A program made the position numbers and the translations under genes. From contig CABUDN010000001.1 in assembly GCA_902490355.1 (NCBI GenBank), forward strand, positions 6,375 through 70,374: a stretch of DNA of 64,000 nt. The letters run 5' to 3'. Each line of letters starts with the position of its first letter. Within the stretch, counting starts at the first letter, position 1. Under the pieces are notes generated by a model. The model was not told the origin of the DNA, made no database searches, and saw only the letters and a list, made by a program, of their open reading frames with translations. Below, in pieces: positions 49,585-58,734 of the stretch. The stretch comes from an uncultured Oscillibacter sp. (GTDB taxonomy: Bacteria; Bacillota; Clostridia; Oscillospirales; Oscillospiraceae).

Positions 49585-50712
49585 TTACGGCCGCCGTCCC
49601 ATTTGAATCATGGCCGCAGCCTGACGCAGTGCCTGTCCGCGCTGCGCAAAAAACATCCGATAGGCCTGACAGTAATAATTCCGGTCCACCAGGCCCTCCG
49701 GCGTCACCAGCCGGTCCCGGCGGCAGCCGTTGCGGCACAGCATATACGCGCCGCACTCCCGGCAGGCCTGGGGAACCCGCCGGGACTCCTCCCGGAACCG
49801 GCAGGCCGCCTCACTCTGCTCCATCTGAGCAAAGCTCTCCCGGCCCACCGTTCCCATCCGCCAGTCATCCAGCACATAAAAATCGCAGGGATAGACGCCG
49901 CCGTCTCCCTCCACGACGAACTGGACCGAACAGCTGCCCCGCATGCTGCACGCCTCCGGCGGCTGCCCCAGCAGCATGCCGATCCAGTTATCCAGATGCC
50001 GGATGCTGACATACTCTCCCTTCTGCAGATCCTGAAACCAGAGATCAAACAATCGGCACAAAAATGCTCCATACCCCTCGGCAGACAGGTGATACTGCTC
50101 CTGCCCCCGCTCCTGGTCCAACGGCTCCAGGCAGGGAATAAACTGCAGCCACCGAAAGCCCTGGCGCCGGAAAAACCGGTAGATCTGCTCCACAGACCGG
50201 GCGGTTTGTCCCGTTACCACACAGAGGATATTGTACTCCGCTCCGGCTTTTTCCAGCATGCGTGCCGCCCGCATGACCTGGTTAAATGTACCCTTTCCCG
50301 CCGTGTCCCGGCGGTTGCGGTTGTGGATCTCCGCCGGGCCGTCCAGAGACAGCCCTACGAGAAAATGATTCTGTGCCAGAAAGCGCGCCCATTCCTCATC
50401 CACACACAGTCCGTTGGTCTGGATGGCATTGCAGACCCGAACGCCGGGCTTGCGGTAACGCTCCTCCAGTTCCAGAACGCCCCGGTAAAAATCCAGCCCC
50501 GCCAATGTCGGCTCTCCGCCCTGGAAGCCAAACGCGCAGGTCCCTTCGGCATAATCCATGGCCGCGGCCACGATCCGCTCCATGGTCTCCAGCGACACCA
50601 TCCCCTGGCAGGCTTGCCGGCGGTGGTCCGCCACATCCCGATAAAAGCAGTACTGGCAGTACATATTGCAGGCGGAGGAGGCAGGTTTGATGAGTACATT
50701 GACAGCAGGCAT
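49585..50712 (-). CDS. Anaerobic sulfatase maturase (radical SAM/SPASM, anSME)
   Basis: KPASSACNMYCQYCFY, FQGGEPTL, IQTNG, YPCDFY, C-terminal Cys cluster. Confidence 0.93.
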   Translation of the reverse strand: MPAVNVLIKPASSACNMYCQYCFYRDVADHRRQACQGMVSLETMERIVAAAMDYAEGTCAFGFQGGEPTLAGLDFYRGVLELEERYRKPGVRVCNAIQTNGLCVDEEWARFLAQNHFLVGLSLDGPAEIHNRNRRDTAGKGTFNQVMRAARMLEKAGAEYNILCVVTGQTARSVEQIYRFFRRQGFRWLQFIPCLEPLDQERGQEQYHLSAEGYGAFLCRLFDLWFQDLQKGEYVSIRHLDNWIGMLLGQPPEACSMRGSCSVQFVVEGDGGVYPCDFYVLDDWRMGTVGRESFAQMEQSEAACRFREESRRVPQACRECGAYMLCRNGCRRDRLVTPEGLVDRNYYCQAYRMFFAQRGQALRQAAAMIQMGRRP

Positions 50713-50955
50713 ACGCTTCTCCTTTTAAACCCTTTTGCCGGACACGGCGGCTTTTTATCCGCGCCGGCTCCTGATGGCTTCATCATACCATATTGCCATT
50801 CGGCCGAACAGGACAAATGACGCCTTTGCCGCAGATTTCTCCCCCGGCGGCCCCGGGCCGTCCGTTCCCCGCGCAACGCCCCTTGACCGAAATTCGCCGC
50901 GTATGATAGGATAGACGATAAATGAATCCTGTTCCGGCCGGAGCAGGAGGAAAGG

Positions 50956-52260
50956 ATGGAACCCGAAATGCTTTTTGCCAATATCGGAATTCTGGACGAC
51001 ACGCTCCACTATCAGGCAAACCGCTTTGTGGGAGTGCGGGACGGCAAAATCGCCTGCATCTGCGACACGGAGCCGCAGGAGGACTTCGGCGAGCGGTATG
51101 ACGGCACCGGCAAACTGCTGATGCCCGGTTTTTACAATGCCCACAGCCATTCGGCCATGACGCTTCTGCGCGGGTATGCGGAAGATCTGTCCCTGTCCGA
51201 CTGGCTGAATAAAAAGGTATTTCCCTTTGAGGCCCGGCTCACAGACGAGGATATCTACAACGGCACTCTGCTGGCCATGGCGGAAATGCTGCGCTTCGGC
51301 GTGGTTTCCACCACCGATATGTATTTCGGGGGAGAGGCCAACAGCCGGGCGGTGCTGGAAGCGGGCGCCAAGATGAATCTGAGCCTGGCGGTGACCTGCT
51401 TTGACGACCGTGCCGCCCATGAGCTGCCCCAGTATCAGGAAACCCTGGGCATGCTGGATTCCTTCCACAACGCCGGAGACGGCCGTCTGAAGCTGGACCT
51501 GGCCATTCATGCCGAATATACGTCCACGCCCAAAGTAGCGGCCGGAATGGCCGAACTGGCCGCCCGGACGGGACTGCGGATGCATCTGCACCTCTCCGAG
51601 ACCCGGGATGAACAGGAGGCCTGCAAAGCCCGCCACGGCGGAAAAACCCCTGCCCGCTACTTCTATGACCTGGGCGTCTTTGACGCCCCCACCACCGCGG
51701 CCCACTGCGTCTGGCTGGAAGGGGAGGACTTCTCGCTTTTGCGGGAAAAAGGCGTCACCGTGGCCAGCTGCCCGGTCAGCAACCTGAAACTGGCCAGCGG
51801 CTTTTGCCCGGCGCCCCGCCTCCTTCAGGAAGGGGTATCCGTGGCCCTGGGCACCGACGGCGTGGCCAGCAACAACAATTTGAACCTGCTGGAAGAGGTC
51901 AAGCTGTTTGCCACCTTGTTCAAAGCCACCTCCGCAGACCCCACCGCCATTTCCGCCCGGCAGGCCCTCTGGGCCGCCACACGGGCCGGTGCCCTGGCTC
52001 AGGGCCGGGAGGACTGCGGCCTCATGCGCACCGGAATGCGGGCGGATCTCATTGTGCTGGATCAGCGCCGGCGTCCTTATCTCCATCCCTGTCATGATAT
52101 GGTGGGGAATGTGGTCTTTGCCGCCCAGGGCAGTGACGTGTGCCTGACCATGGTGGACGGGCGCGTGCTTTACCGGGACGGTGAATATACCACCATTGAT
52201 CTGGAACGGGCGATCCGCAATGCGGAAACTTCCGCCCGCCGCATCATCAGCGAACTATAA
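50956..52260 (+). CDS. Amidohydrolase, MTA/SAH/5'-deoxyadenosine deaminase-like (MtaD)
   Basis: NAHSH, HLHLSE, AAHC, SNLKLASG, GTDG.ASNN. Confidence 0.88.
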   Translation: MEPEMLFANIGILDDTLHYQANRFVGVRDGKIACICDTEPQEDFGERYDGTGKLLMPGFYNAHSHSAMTLLRGYAEDLSLSDWLNKKVFPFEARLTDEDIYNGTLLAMAEMLRFGVVSTTDMYFGGEANSRAVLEAGAKMNLSLAVTCFDDRAAHELPQYQETLGMLDSFHNAGDGRLKLDLAIHAEYTSTPKVAAGMAELAARTGLRMHLHLSETRDEQEACKARHGGKTPARYFYDLGVFDAPTTAAHCVWLEGEDFSLLREKGVTVASCPVSNLKLASGFCPAPRLLQEGVSVALGTDGVASNNNLNLLEEVKLFATLFKATSADPTAISARQALWAATRAGALAQGREDCGLMRTGMRADLIVLDQRRRPYLHPCHDMVGNVVFAAQGSDVCLTMVDGRVLYRDGEYTTIDLERAIRNAETSARRIISEL

Positions 52261-52274
52261 GGAGGAACCATCTG

Positions 52275-53099
52275 ATGGACTGCAATTACGTACAGGAAGC
52301 GGCGGAGTATGTCCGCGCACGCATTGGGGAAACACCCCGCATCGGCCTGATTCTGGGCTCCGGCCTGGGCGGCATTGCCGAGGTGATTGCCGACAAGCAC
52401 GTCATCCCCTACGGTGAGATTCCGCACTTTGTCTGCTCCACCGCGCCGGGCCACAAGGGCCAGTTCGTGGCGGGCCGCTTCGGCGGAAAACCCGTCATCT
52501 GCATGCAGGGCCGCCTCCATTTCTACGAAGGCCACGCATTGTCCGATATCATTTTCCCCGTGCGGGTGATGAAGCAGCTGGGCGTGACATCCCTGATCGT
52601 GACCAATGCCGCCGGCGGCATCAACACCAGCTTCCAGGTGGGCGACCTGATGCTCATTGAGGATCATATCAACTTCATGGGAACCAATCCCCTCATCGGT
52701 CCCAACGACGCGTCTTTCGGCCCCCGCTTCTGCGATATGACCTATACGTATACGCCCGCTCTGCGCCAGGCTGCGCAGGAGGCCGCCCAGGCCTTGGGCC
52801 TCACGCTGCAAAAGGGTGTGTACCTGGGCTGCACCGGCCCCAGCTATGAAACGCCGGCGGAAATCCGGGCCTTCCGAACCCTGGGCGCCGACGCCGTGGG
52901 CATGTCCACCGTCCCGGAGGTCATCGCCGCCTCCCACTGCGGACTGCAGGTGCTGGCGTTTTCTCTCATTACCAACATGGCCGCCGGCATTTTGGACCAG
53001 CCCCTGACGGAAGAGGAAGTCATCGACATTGGAAACCGCCGGGGATCGGACCTGCAGCGTCTCATCACCCGAATCGTAACAGACTGTTCCGCGCTCTGA
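52275..53099 (+). CDS. punA: Purine nucleoside phosphorylase (trimeric type)
   Basis: GSGLG, GRLHFYEG, TNAAGG, GPSYET.AE, GMSTVPE, TN. Confidence 0.95.
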   Translation: MDCNYVQEAAEYVRARIGETPRIGLILGSGLGGIAEVIADKHVIPYGEIPHFVCSTAPGHKGQFVAGRFGGKPVICMQGRLHFYEGHALSDIIFPVRVMKQLGVTSLIVTNAAGGINTSFQVGDLMLIEDHINFMGTNPLIGPNDASFGPRFCDMTYTYTPALRQAAQEAAQALGLTLQKGVYLGCTGPSYETPAEIRAFRTLGADAVGMSTVPEVIAASHCGLQVLAFSLITNMAAGILDQPLTEEEVIDIGNRRGSDLQRLITRIVTDCSAL

Positions 53100-53156
53100 T
53101 CCATCGCTTCGTCTGCTCCGGCGAAGTGCCGCAGATCCCGCGCCGTTGGATGCCTT

Positions 53157-53885
53157 TTGGTGAAAGGGGGAATTTTTCTGCACATCCGCGATTATATGAA
53201 GTACCGCCCCCGGGTGGCCGAACTGCTCAGCGAGCTTCCGGACGAGCTTCTCGACACCATCCTCATCCGCCACTACAAAGCCGATGACATCATCATCTCC
53301 CGCTGTGAGCACAATGCGGATACCTATCTCATTCTCAGCGGCGTGTGCTGCTCCACCTGCAACTTCATCAGCGGCGAGCGGGTCTGGTACCGCAGGGCCA
53401 CGGTGGACGATGTGTTCGGCGTTCTGGGCATGTTTGAACAGCATCATTCGTTCAGCGCCACCATCTTTGCAAAGACCAATGCCACGCTGGCCATGATTCC
53501 CGCCGCCACCATGCAGCAGTGCTTTGCCCGCTACCCCCGCTTCACGCTGGAGCTTTCCCAGCGGGCGCTCAACCGCCTGAACTTTGAGCTGTGGCGGATT
53601 TCCGAGTGCAACGCCTACCCGCCCTACGCCGGTACGATCACCTATCTGATCTACGCCTATGAGTTCTATGTCCGCACCTACTCTCCGGGCTTTCAGGGGC
53701 CGGTGAAGATCATCGAAAAGCGGCAGGAAATCGCCCATTATATCGGCATCACCGTGCGGACGCTGCAGAGGATTCTGCCCATCATCCGGGAAGAGGGCCT
53801 CATTGAGATCCGGCGGGAGAGCATCTATATCGACCGGGAACACTACGAGCGGCTCAAACAGCGCAAATCGGAATATTTTCACTGA
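53157..53885 (+). CDS. Crp/Fnr family transcriptional regulator
   Basis: cNMP-like N-domain; RQEIAHYIGITVRTLQR HTH; start uncertain. Confidence 0.88.
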   Translation: MVKGGIFLHIRDYMKYRPRVAELLSELPDELLDTILIRHYKADDIIISRCEHNADTYLILSGVCCSTCNFISGERVWYRRATVDDVFGVLGMFEQHHSFSATIFAKTNATLAMIPAATMQQCFARYPRFTLELSQRALNRLNFELWRISECNAYPPYAGTITYLIYAYEFYVRTYSPGFQGPVKIIEKRQEIAHYIGITVRTLQRILPIIREEGLIEIRRESIYIDREHYERLKQRKSEYFH

Positions 53886-53886
53886 A

Positions 53887-53931
53887 AAGCGGGCTTTCCT
53901 CCCCTGACAACGGGAAGAAAGCCCACTTTTT
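53887..53931 (+). terminator. Intrinsic terminator after the Crp/Fnr gene
   Basis: AAAGCGGGCTTTC...GAAAGCCCACTTTTT. Confidence 0.75.
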
Positions 53932-53961
53932 GTTTGTAAAAATAGGTACGATCTTTCTGTG

Positions 53962-54005
53962 ATGCGACATTTGTCGCATTCTGCCTTTGATCTGCATGCT
54001 ATAAT
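53962..54005 (+). promoter_or_regulatory. Palindromic activator site plus extended -10 promoter
   Basis: ATGCGACA-tt-TGTCGCAT (53962-53979); TGcTATAAT (53997-54005). Confidence 0.7.
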
Positions 54006-54086
54006 TTTTGACATTGAATCAGGGGCATTCATCTGGAAATGCCCGTAAAGATGACGTTCATTGTATTGAAATCAAGGAGGACTACG

Positions 54087-55187
54087 ATGAAAAAAGGACT
54101 TGCCATGCTGCTGACTTTGACCCTGATGCTGGGGACCCTGAGCGCTTGCGGCGGAACGACCGATCTGGAGGCTGCCGACAAGGAGCCCGCGCAGAACGAG
54201 GAAACCCAGGATGCGGAAGGCACCGCCGCCGCCAAGATCGGCGTGGTGCTGACCACCAGCGGTCTGGGCGACAACAACTTCAACGACATGGTGTACGCCG
54301 GTCTGGAGAAGGCCAAAGAGGATCTGGGCATCACGTTTGATTACGCAGAGCCCTCTTCTCCCGATGAGTACACCACCATGACCTACAACTTCGCGCAGGA
54401 CGGCTCCTATGATCTGATCATCGTCCTGTCCACGGACGGTGCCACCGCTCTCGACGAGATCGCCCCCCAGTACCCGGATCAGAAGTTCACTCTGGTGGAC
54501 AACGCTTCCGACAACCCCAACGTGTGCAACATTCTGAAAAACGGCGCTGAGCAGACCTTCCTCACCGGCGTCATCGCCGGTCTCATGACCACCGATGACC
54601 GCTTTGAGTTCACCAACCCCGACAAGAAGGTGGGTGCCATTCAGGGTCTGGATACCGCTACCCTCAACGCCATGAGCACCGGCTTTGCCTGCGGTGCCCG
54701 GTTCTACGATCCCGAGGTGGAAGTGCTGGTGTCCACGGTGGGTAACTTCACCGATGTCAACACCGGCAAGGAAATGGCCGTCGCCATGTACAATCAGGGC
54801 GTCGATGTCATTCAGAACCTGGCCGGCAGCGGCGCCGGCATCTGGGCGGCCCTGGAAGAAAAGCAGTTCTACGGTCTGGGCTGCGGCGCCAACCAGAACA
54901 GCCTCTCTCCCTACATTCCCGCCACGGCCGGCTTCGTGCTCACCGACATTGCCTATGACCAGTGCCAGCAGATCATCGACGGCACCTGGACTGCCGGCAA
55001 CGTGTATCCCTCTTTCTCCGACGGTGCCTTTGCCTATCTGACCGAGGATGCCTCTGTGGAGCTGCCCGAGGACCTGCTGGAGAAGGTGGATGCCGCGCAG
55101 GAGTGGTACGTGAACAGCGGCGTCTCCCTGCCCACCACCATGGACGAAGTGGACGGCTGGATTGCCCAGTACGGCCAGAGCAAGTAA
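54087..55187 (+). CDS. BMP family nucleoside ABC transporter substrate-binding lipoprotein
   Basis: Lipobox LSAC; GLGDNNFN, F.D...GKE.A; AAGGAGG RBS. Confidence 0.9.
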   Translation: MKKGLAMLLTLTLMLGTLSACGGTTDLEAADKEPAQNEETQDAEGTAAAKIGVVLTTSGLGDNNFNDMVYAGLEKAKEDLGITFDYAEPSSPDEYTTMTYNFAQDGSYDLIIVLSTDGATALDEIAPQYPDQKFTLVDNASDNPNVCNILKNGAEQTFLTGVIAGLMTTDDRFEFTNPDKKVGAIQGLDTATLNAMSTGFACGARFYDPEVEVLVSTVGNFTDVNTGKEMAVAMYNQGVDVIQNLAGSGAGIWAALEEKQFYGLGCGANQNSLSPYIPATAGFVLTDIAYDQCQQIIDGTWTAGNVYPSFSDGAFAYLTEDASVELPEDLLEKVDAAQEWYVNSGVSLPTTMDEVDGWIAQYGQSK

Positions 55188-55217
55188 CCTTTCACATGAT
55201 AAAAAGGCGGTGCTTCT

Positions 55218-56735
55218 ATGAATGCGGTTGAAATGCGGGGCATTTCAAAGAATTTCGGCACCGTTCAGGCACTAAGCAACGTGGATTTCACCTTACGGCA
55301 AGGGGAAATCCACGCTGTTTTAGGGGAGAACGGCGCTGGAAAAACCACCCTGATGAAGATTCTCTACGGCATGCACAAGCCCTCCAGCGGCAAGATCTTC
55401 CTCAAAGGAAATCCCGTCACACTCCGGGACTCCCAGGCAGCCATCCGGGCCGGCATCGGCATGGTGCATCAGCATTTCATGCTGATTCCCGTGCTCAGTG
55501 TGGCCGAAAACATTGTGGCGGGCCGGGAACCCCGCCGGGGCGTGTTCTTTGATTTTGAACAGGCGGTCCGGGAAGTGGAGCAGCTGGAGCAGCGCAGCGG
55601 ATTCCAGGTGGATCCCCGGGCCAAGGTGGAAACCCTCTCCGTGGGCCAGATGCAGCGGGTTGAGATTCTCAAGGCACTTTACCGGGGCGCGGACATTCTG
55701 ATTCTGGACGAGCCCACTGCCGTCCTCACGCCCATTGAAGTACAGGAGTTCTTCTCCGCCCTGCGCCAGCTGCGCGCGGAAGGGAAGAGCATCATCATCA
55801 TTACCCACAAGCTCTATGAGGTGATGGAAATTGCCGACCGGTGCACGGTTCTCCGGGACGGACAGCTCATCGGCAGCGTGGACAAGGACAAAACCTCCAT
55901 GCAGCAGCTGGCCAGCATGATGGTAGGCCGGGAATACAGCTTCGAGGGCCGTCATCCCTCCCAGGCAATCGGGGAGACGTTCTTCTCCGTGGAGCACCTG
56001 TCTTACCGCAAAAACGGCATTCCCATTCTCCAGGACATTGCGCTTTCCCTCCATCGGGGCGAGATTTTGGGTGTGGCCGGCATCGACGGCAACGGTCAGA
56101 CCGAGCTCATTGAGGCGCTCACCGGCCTGCTCCGGCCCGACTCCATGGAATTGACGCTCAACGGCAAAAAAATTCAGGGCACGGCCGCGGACTTCATTGC
56201 AGCCGGCATCGGCCACGTGCCCGAGGACCGCACGGTACGGGGACTGTCCCTGGCCCGGTCCATTGAGGAAAACTCCATTCTGGGCTACGAGAACCAGGCG
56301 CAGTTCAGCCGCCGGGGAATCATGGACTACCGGTACATCCGGAAAAACGCGGAAGCCCTGGCCCAGAATTTCCGCATCAAAGCCCCCAATGTGGCAACTC
56401 CCTGCGGCGCGCTCTCCGGCGGCAACCAGCAAAAGGTGGTCATCGCCCGGGTCTTCTCCCAATCTCCGGAAGTGGTGATCTGCGCCCAGCCCACCCGGGG
56501 CGTGGACGTGTCGGCCTCGGAATACATCCATGAGGTCATGCTCGCGTACCGGGACCAGGGCAAGGGAATCCTGCTGATCTCCGCCGACCTGGACGAGGTG
56601 AAAAAACTCAGCGACACCATCGCTGTCATTTATCAGGGCCGCATTGTGGCTGTGGACCGTGCGGAACACTTTGACGACAACCGGCTGGGACTTTTGATGA
56701 CCGGCGCCGCGCAGGACCCGGGAAAGGAGGCATAA
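55218..56735 (+). CDS. Nucleoside-type ABC transporter ATP-binding protein
   Basis: GENGAGKTT, HQHFML, LSGGNQQK, QPTRGVD. Confidence 0.94.
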   Translation: MNAVEMRGISKNFGTVQALSNVDFTLRQGEIHAVLGENGAGKTTLMKILYGMHKPSSGKIFLKGNPVTLRDSQAAIRAGIGMVHQHFMLIPVLSVAENIVAGREPRRGVFFDFEQAVREVEQLEQRSGFQVDPRAKVETLSVGQMQRVEILKALYRGADILILDEPTAVLTPIEVQEFFSALRQLRAEGKSIIIITHKLYEVMEIADRCTVLRDGQLIGSVDKDKTSMQQLASMMVGREYSFEGRHPSQAIGETFFSVEHLSYRKNGIPILQDIALSLHRGEILGVAGIDGNGQTELIEALTGLLRPDSMELTLNGKKIQGTAADFIAAGIGHVPEDRTVRGLSLARSIEENSILGYENQAQFSRRGIMDYRYIRKNAEALAQNFRIKAPNVATPCGALSGGNQQKVVIARVFSQSPEVVICAQPTRGVDVSASEYIHEVMLAYRDQGKGILLISADLDEVKKLSDTIAVIYQGRIVAVDRAEHFDDNRLGLLMTGAAQDPGKEA

Positions 56736-56738
56736 GGC

Positions 56739-57818
56739 ATGGAACTTGTGGGCACACGCAAAACCGTATATGTGGCTCTGCGCACCCTGCTGGCCTTCGT
56801 GCTGGCTCTGATCCTGGGCGGCATCGTCTTCTTTGCCGCGGGCTTCAATCCGGTGCAGGTCTATAAGCTGATCTTCCTGGGTGCCTTCGGCTCCGGGGAA
56901 GCCATTTTGACCACCCTGAGCTATGCCACGCCTCTGATCTTTACCGGTCTGGCCTTCGCCTTTGCCCAGCACGCCAAGGTCATGAACCTGGGCACGGAGG
57001 GCCAGCTCTATGTGGGCGCCATGGTGGCCGCCCTCATCGGCGGTTATCTTCCGCCCCTGCCCCGGATTCTCTTCGTTCCCCTGATTCTGGTGGTCAGCTG
57101 CCTGTGCGCCGGATGCTATGCCGGTATCGCGGGCTTTTTGAGCAACCGGTTCGGCGCCAACATGGTCATCGTCACCCTGATGCAAAACTATGTGGCCCAG
57201 CTGTTTTGCAGCTACCTGGTCAACAACGTGTTTGTGGATGACCAGGGCATCGCCCGGACCGCCGCCCTGCCGCAGCAGGCCCGTATCGGCAAGCTCATGG
57301 AGGGACATTACCTCTCCGCTTCCATCCTCATCGGCGTGGCTCTGGTGGCCGTGGTCTGGTTCCTGCTCAACCGTACCCGGCTGGGCTATCGCCTCCATTT
57401 CGTGGGCAGCAACCCGGCCTGCGCCGAGACCGCCGGCATCAATACCAAGCGCATGATGCTCATCACCCTGCTCATCAGCGGCGCTCTGGCAGGCTTCTGC
57501 GGCGCCACCCAGGTCATGGGCGTGCAGTACCGCTTTACCGACGGTTTTTCCAGCGGCTACGGCTTTGAGGGCATTGCCGTGGCGGCCCTGGCGGGCAACA
57601 ATCCCGTGACGGTTTTGCTCTCGGCCATCTTGTGGGGCGGACTGAAGTCCGGTGCCAGCGAGGTCAACCGGATCGCTTCCATTCCCATGGATGTCATCTC
57701 CATCATCCAGGCGCTGATCGTGGTGTTTATGGTGGCGCCCAAACTGATGGATGCCCTGTGCACCCCGGTGCGCAAACTGGTGGCAGGTCCCCAACGGACC
57801 TCCGCCCGAACCGAGTAA
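56739..57818 (+). CDS. Nucleoside-type ABC transporter permease 1
   Basis: TPLIFTGL, NLGTEGQ, GFEGIAVAAL. Confidence 0.92.
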   Translation: MELVGTRKTVYVALRTLLAFVLALILGGIVFFAAGFNPVQVYKLIFLGAFGSGEAILTTLSYATPLIFTGLAFAFAQHAKVMNLGTEGQLYVGAMVAALIGGYLPPLPRILFVPLILVVSCLCAGCYAGIAGFLSNRFGANMVIVTLMQNYVAQLFCSYLVNNVFVDDQGIARTAALPQQARIGKLMEGHYLSASILIGVALVAVVWFLLNRTRLGYRLHFVGSNPACAETAGINTKRMMLITLLISGALAGFCGATQVMGVQYRFTDGFSSGYGFEGIAVAALAGNNPVTVLLSAILWGGLKSGASEVNRIASIPMDVISIIQALIVVFMVAPKLMDALCTPVRKLVAGPQRTSARTE

Positions 57819-57839
57819 CGGAAAGGAGGCGCATTGTTT

Positions 57840-58718
57840 ATGGAATTCATTGGTTTGTTTTTGATCTCCGCCCTCCGTTCCTCGGTCCCCGTGGCCCTGG
57901 CCGCCGTAGGCGGTACCTTCTCCGCCCGGTGCGGCATTATGCCCATGGGTATGGAAGGCTTTATCCTCATGGGTGCCTTCGGCGCCACCTGCGGCTCGTA
58001 TTTTTCCAGCAACCCCTGGATCGGCCTTCTGTGCGGCGTCCTGCTCTCGGCACTGTATGCCATGCTCCACGGTCTTTTGTGCGTCCAATACCACATGGAC
58101 CAGGTCATCTGCGGCATCGGTCTGAACATGTTTGCCACCGGCTTTACCACCTCGCTGACCCAGGTAATCTGGGGCAGCCGGGCCAACTCCGCCTCCGTGG
58201 AGGCTCTGCCTCACATCACCCTGCCCATTCTGGGCAACGTGTCCTTCATTTTGCCCCTGGCCGTGGTCATCGGCATTCTGGGCTGGGCCTTCATGTTCCG
58301 GACCCCCTGGGGACTGCGGCTGCGGATTGTGGGTGAAAAGCCCCTGGCCGCCCGGACCATGGGCATCTCCATCCGCAAGTACCGCTTCCTGGGCGAGCTC
58401 ATCGTGGGCGTGCTGTGCGGCCTGGCCGGCAGCTATCTGGCCATCGACCACGTCAACCGGTTTGCCTATGAGATGAGCGCCGGCCGGGGCTATATCGCCG
58501 TGGCTGTGAACATTCTGGGCGCCTACAACCCCATCGGCTCCCTGCTGGGCAGCCTGATCTTCGGCGGCGCGGCTGCGCTCAAGAATATCTTTACCGACGG
58601 CAGCGTGCCGTCTCAGCTGCTGGATCTGTGCCCCTACCTGGTGACGATCCTGGTCGTGACGTTTGCCGTCCGCCATGTCCGTCCGCCGGCCGGTATCGCA
58701 GACAGCGGCGAAGAATAA
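57840..58718 (+). CDS. Nucleoside-type ABC transporter permease 2
   Basis: GMEG, GLRLRIVGE.P, GRGYIAVA, PYLVT. Confidence 0.92.
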   Translation: MEFIGLFLISALRSSVPVALAAVGGTFSARCGIMPMGMEGFILMGAFGATCGSYFSSNPWIGLLCGVLLSALYAMLHGLLCVQYHMDQVICGIGLNMFATGFTTSLTQVIWGSRANSASVEALPHITLPILGNVSFILPLAVVIGILGWAFMFRTPWGLRLRIVGEKPLAARTMGISIRKYRFLGELIVGVLCGLAGSYLAIDHVNRFAYEMSAGRGYIAVAVNILGAYNPIGSLLGSLIFGGAAALKNIFTDGSVPSQLLDLCPYLVTILVVTFAVRHVRPPAGIADSGEE

Positions 58719-58734
58719 GGAGGTTTGTTCCTTT

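Noticed and set aside
49585..50712. Radical SAM/SPASM enzyme as maturase of the small peptides
   Set aside because: It has anSME-type motifs, has a CxPxR sulfatase in its own locus and lies 40 kb from the array
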